Shown here piece after piece: positions 60,736 to 64,000 of a DNA stretch of 64,000 nucleotides. Source of the stretch: Mobula hypostoma (lineage: Eukaryota); contig NC_086109.1 in NCBI RefSeq assembly GCF_963921235.1, forward strand, positions 14,386,001 through 14,450,000, read 5' to 3'. A program made the position numbers and the translations under genes. Each line of letters begins with the position of its first letter. The stretch's first letter is position 1. The notes beneath the pieces were generated by a model. It saw only the letters and a program-made list of their open reading frames with translations. It made no database searches and was not told the DNA's origin.

Positions 60736-63700
60736 TAAGGTATACCTCTTGTCTAAACCCCCAAACAACCACTTTGAGCTATAAAACAACACCTTTCCCC
60801 AATAAACATTAGCAGTCACGCAATAAACGGCTTATAGTCTATGAAAAGTATCCCGTGTTGTCAAAAATGAAATGAGAAAGGAAACGGGTGAAAGGAACTC
60901 ATGTCATGAGGGTACAGATGTTAGAGTCTCCATCCCTTGGCCTTCTCTCATTAATCCATCATTTCTGCTGCTTCCTAACCCTAACAAAATTAACCTTTTA
61001 CTTGAACAGGAGGAATGCTTGCAATCCATTCTTTATAGCCCTATTCTGCTCACGTTTCAGTTTGTGACCATTAACCAGCTAACTATTGGTGCAGTTGGGA
61101 ATGTAGGAAGAAGGCTGAAGCCAGTGGGAGCATTTAAGGCCTGACTATTTTGAAACTTCTGATCTTCCTCTGAAGGAGACAGAAAATTTAAGTAAATGTG
61201 AAATGTTTATTCCTTTCTGTAGATGCTGCCTGATTCCTCCAGCATTTTGTCTGATTTACTCTGGATTTGCAGCACCTGCAGTATCTCTTGTGTTTAAGAT
61301 ATGTGAAAGTGAGGGTAAGATACAGGAGTGTTTGCGTTGAAGCCTTAACCCTGCAGGGTCATGATTTGTGCAAAAAATTAGTAGCGTCCTGATACTACTT
61401 GGGCTGAAAAGGGGTTCAGACAGAAAGGGGTGGTCTCTGAAGGTCAATGTTAAGCAAGGATAGGACTGTATCTTTCTCTGATCAACTCTAGTTGCCTCAG
61501 GCTGCACATTGGCCATGAAGTTCTGGAGAGTGGTTCGCCGCCAGTGAAATGTAACTGCACTGAGGTGAGGGTGATAGAAAGATAAATCTCTACCAGGAAG
61601 GACCAAACACCAGTCTACCATCCAGCTTGGAGGTCAAAGGGAGACATGAATGCTGGGTTGTTGTCCTCAGCCACAGGCAGATAATGGGGGGGGGGGGGCA
61701 CGCACAGAGGCTAGTTGGTTTGAGTCAATGGTTGGCTACTATTTCATCTTGAACTCCATACATCCTACTCCCCTGAGACAAACAGAAATAGTGAAAACCA
61801 GTTCGTTCATAGGTACAATGTGTACCCTTTTGCAAGTGATCCTCAAGTGCCAATTGCCTGCCATCACTTAGGTTATGATTGGAGGAAAGCAGCAAAGGAA
61901 GTTCTGAGACTTCTTGGGAATATGTTGTGCTTGGAAGTGATGTCCTATGAGACGATAACTCCACCAATGTAATCACCTAGGGCGGAGTACAATGCTCCCC
62001 TACCTCCAACAAATTGGTGCACAGGTCATAATTGTTTCATAAATACTATATTCTTGTTTGCACTAAAGTAGAATAAAAAATTCTTTACATGAATCTACTG
62101 CAACTTGTGCTTTGTTTGATAAAATCAAATTGGAATTGCTTTTGCACCTTCAACACATGCTGTCCTTGTGTTGCAGTGCTTTGTGAAGATGGCCAGTGTA
62201 TACCAACTACCACACAGTGGCCTACCTCAACTATTACTGGAACGTTAAATTGGCTGAAAGTGATATCAGAGTTAGTATGCAAACAACATGAAGTCTGGAC
62301 AATGACTGAAAATTGGCTGCTGGCTTTGGTTGTTGCACAAGGTCAAGTTTTGCATCTGAGCTCTCAATGAACCCATTGTATGACTCAGAATACAACATCA
62401 ACGGTTGGCTTGACTTCACTGGAAGAGGCAGGAAAATAGGGTTGAGAGAGAAAATATATCAGCCATGAATGAAATGTGGAGCAGACTCGGGTCAAATGGC
62501 CCAATTCTGCTCCTCTTGTCTTACGGTAGCAGAATAACTTTTGTCATATTTAATTCTCTTGTGTTTCAGCTTCTAGCCTAATCCTCCTCCCACTTCACTT
62601 CCTTCCAACCTGATGTATACCCCAACACCTCCATCCTCACTTTCTCAACCACTAAACTCATTCCTGTGCAAGTTCCCACATTTCCATACCTCATGTTTCC
62701 TGCCACCTCTGTCTGTCTTACACATTCTGTGCCTCAGCTTACATTCCCCAGCCTGTACTGCACCCTTAGGATTGGTAATGGTGTCTTCCATATCACTCTC
62801 CCTGCTTCCCCCCTTTGGCCACCCTGTCAAATTTGGAATGCGGATGAATTTTATTCCACATTCCATTCTTCTCATTGTGATTAGTGACAGCAGCCCAAAT
62901 GAAGTCCTATTGCTGAATAAAACTGCATTAATGAGCATGACCTTGAATTTCACTGCATGAACACTAACATCCCCAACAACCATATGGAATAACATTCTCG
63001 CAAGACACCAAAGTACACCAAGTATATTACAGCGACTACTGAAAAACCCTCTTTAACCATTAGCTCTGATTTCTGAAAACAGATTGAATGAGGTTCTATT
63101 CTTAGTGTCAGAGCCATTATACATAAACTTCCTGTTCCTTTTATTAAAAAATAAAACTTTTCTCTCATAAATAAAAACATAAAACGCTGGATATATACTC
63201 AGCTGGCCAGGCTGCATCTGTAGAGAGAGAAAGTAAGTTAACCTTTCAGTCTTCCTTTGTCTGTCCTGTTGAAAAGTCATTCACCTGAGCTGTTCAATCT
63301 GTTTCTCTCTCCACAGATGCCACCTGATCTGCTGGGCTAATCCTGCATTTTCTGTTCTCTCTTCAGATTCCCAGCATCTGCACATTTTTTGCTTTGCAAA
63401 CTTTTCTTTCGATCCATCTAACAGTCTAATGCAATGAATGAATGAATGAAAGTGCGACTGAAGGTGAACTTCACTGAGAATGCAAGGAATGGTGAAAAGT
63501 TAACTCTCCAATCAGTGATACTGCAATCATTCGAGCAGAGGAATCCTTCACGCTGGAGATGGATCAATGAGAAGAATCACCTTGTCACGAATATTTTTTA
63601 CATTCGAGATGTTACAAGAACCAGTACGGGAATAACCAGCTAGTTTCAAGAGCCAGTAAGCCATCGTAGCACCAAACCACTGTGAAATCCACACTGAGAA

Positions 63701-64000
63701 AGGAGGCATTTGTACAATCGCCGGCACTTCAAAGCGTAAGTGGATCAGAAAGAGAAGTTGGGATAGGCCTTGTTTCCCATTGTGTAATCCTGATCCTCGC
63801 CCACTTTCCTATCTTACCCTTTGATTCCCTCTGTCCTCAAACCTGATCCATTTTATCTTGCGTATATTCAACGTGTAAAACTTTCTCTTTATCTCTAAGT
63901 GGGCACAATTCCTTATACCCAGGCTCTCATCTCCCCAGCTGGCATCCATCTTGTCAATCTCTCCCCCAGACTTGTATCTCATTTAGGTCCTCTCATTCTT

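Noticed and set aside
62085..62419. Overlapping short ORFs in unique sequence
   Set aside because: No consistent splice sites or family motifs; better explained as UTR or intergenic DNA.

Overview
Eukaryotic, repeat-dense genomic DNA. The repeat landscape (CR1, Rex1/Babar and RTE LINEs, V-SINE/HE1-like and Deu-type SINEs, Penelope, Gypsy, Tc1, Harbinger) points to a cartilaginous fish, probably a ray (inference). Most entries in the ORF track are transposon debris or chance ORFs, and the track misses the one host gene I can reconstruct. That gene is a complete five-exon minus-strand GOLT1/Got1 vesicle-transport gene with coding exons 49022-49046, 46230-46321, 39309-39487, 34150-34231 and 16392-16430 (417 nt, 138 aa, all introns GT-AG). 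It encodes MISLTDTQRIGVGLMGFGVFFLLFGILLYFDRVLLGFGNILFISGLPFITGLQNTFRFFYQRQKLKGSIFFLGGILLVLFRWPGIGMLCESYGLYLLFKSTLPLVSEFFSSIPALGLIFAVPGFSTILKRFSERGSEV, with GOLT1A-like core residues but a GOLT1B-like N-terminus and exon-4 length. The most unusual feature is an inverted, indel-free, ~80%-identical genomic copy of exon 3 plus ~90 nt of its downstream intron. It sits in intron 4 of the same gene (28870-29142), inside an old LINE, so the pre-mRNA carries an antisense strand to its own exon 3 and donor site. Also noted: CRE-containing promoter/first-exon candidates downstream of the gene (where KISS1 lies in mammals; no kisspeptin coding sequence seen), a probable 3'UTR end of an upstream gene near 60.6 kb, and decayed Penelope hammerhead motifs. 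Repeat boundaries and family names are by eye and approximate.
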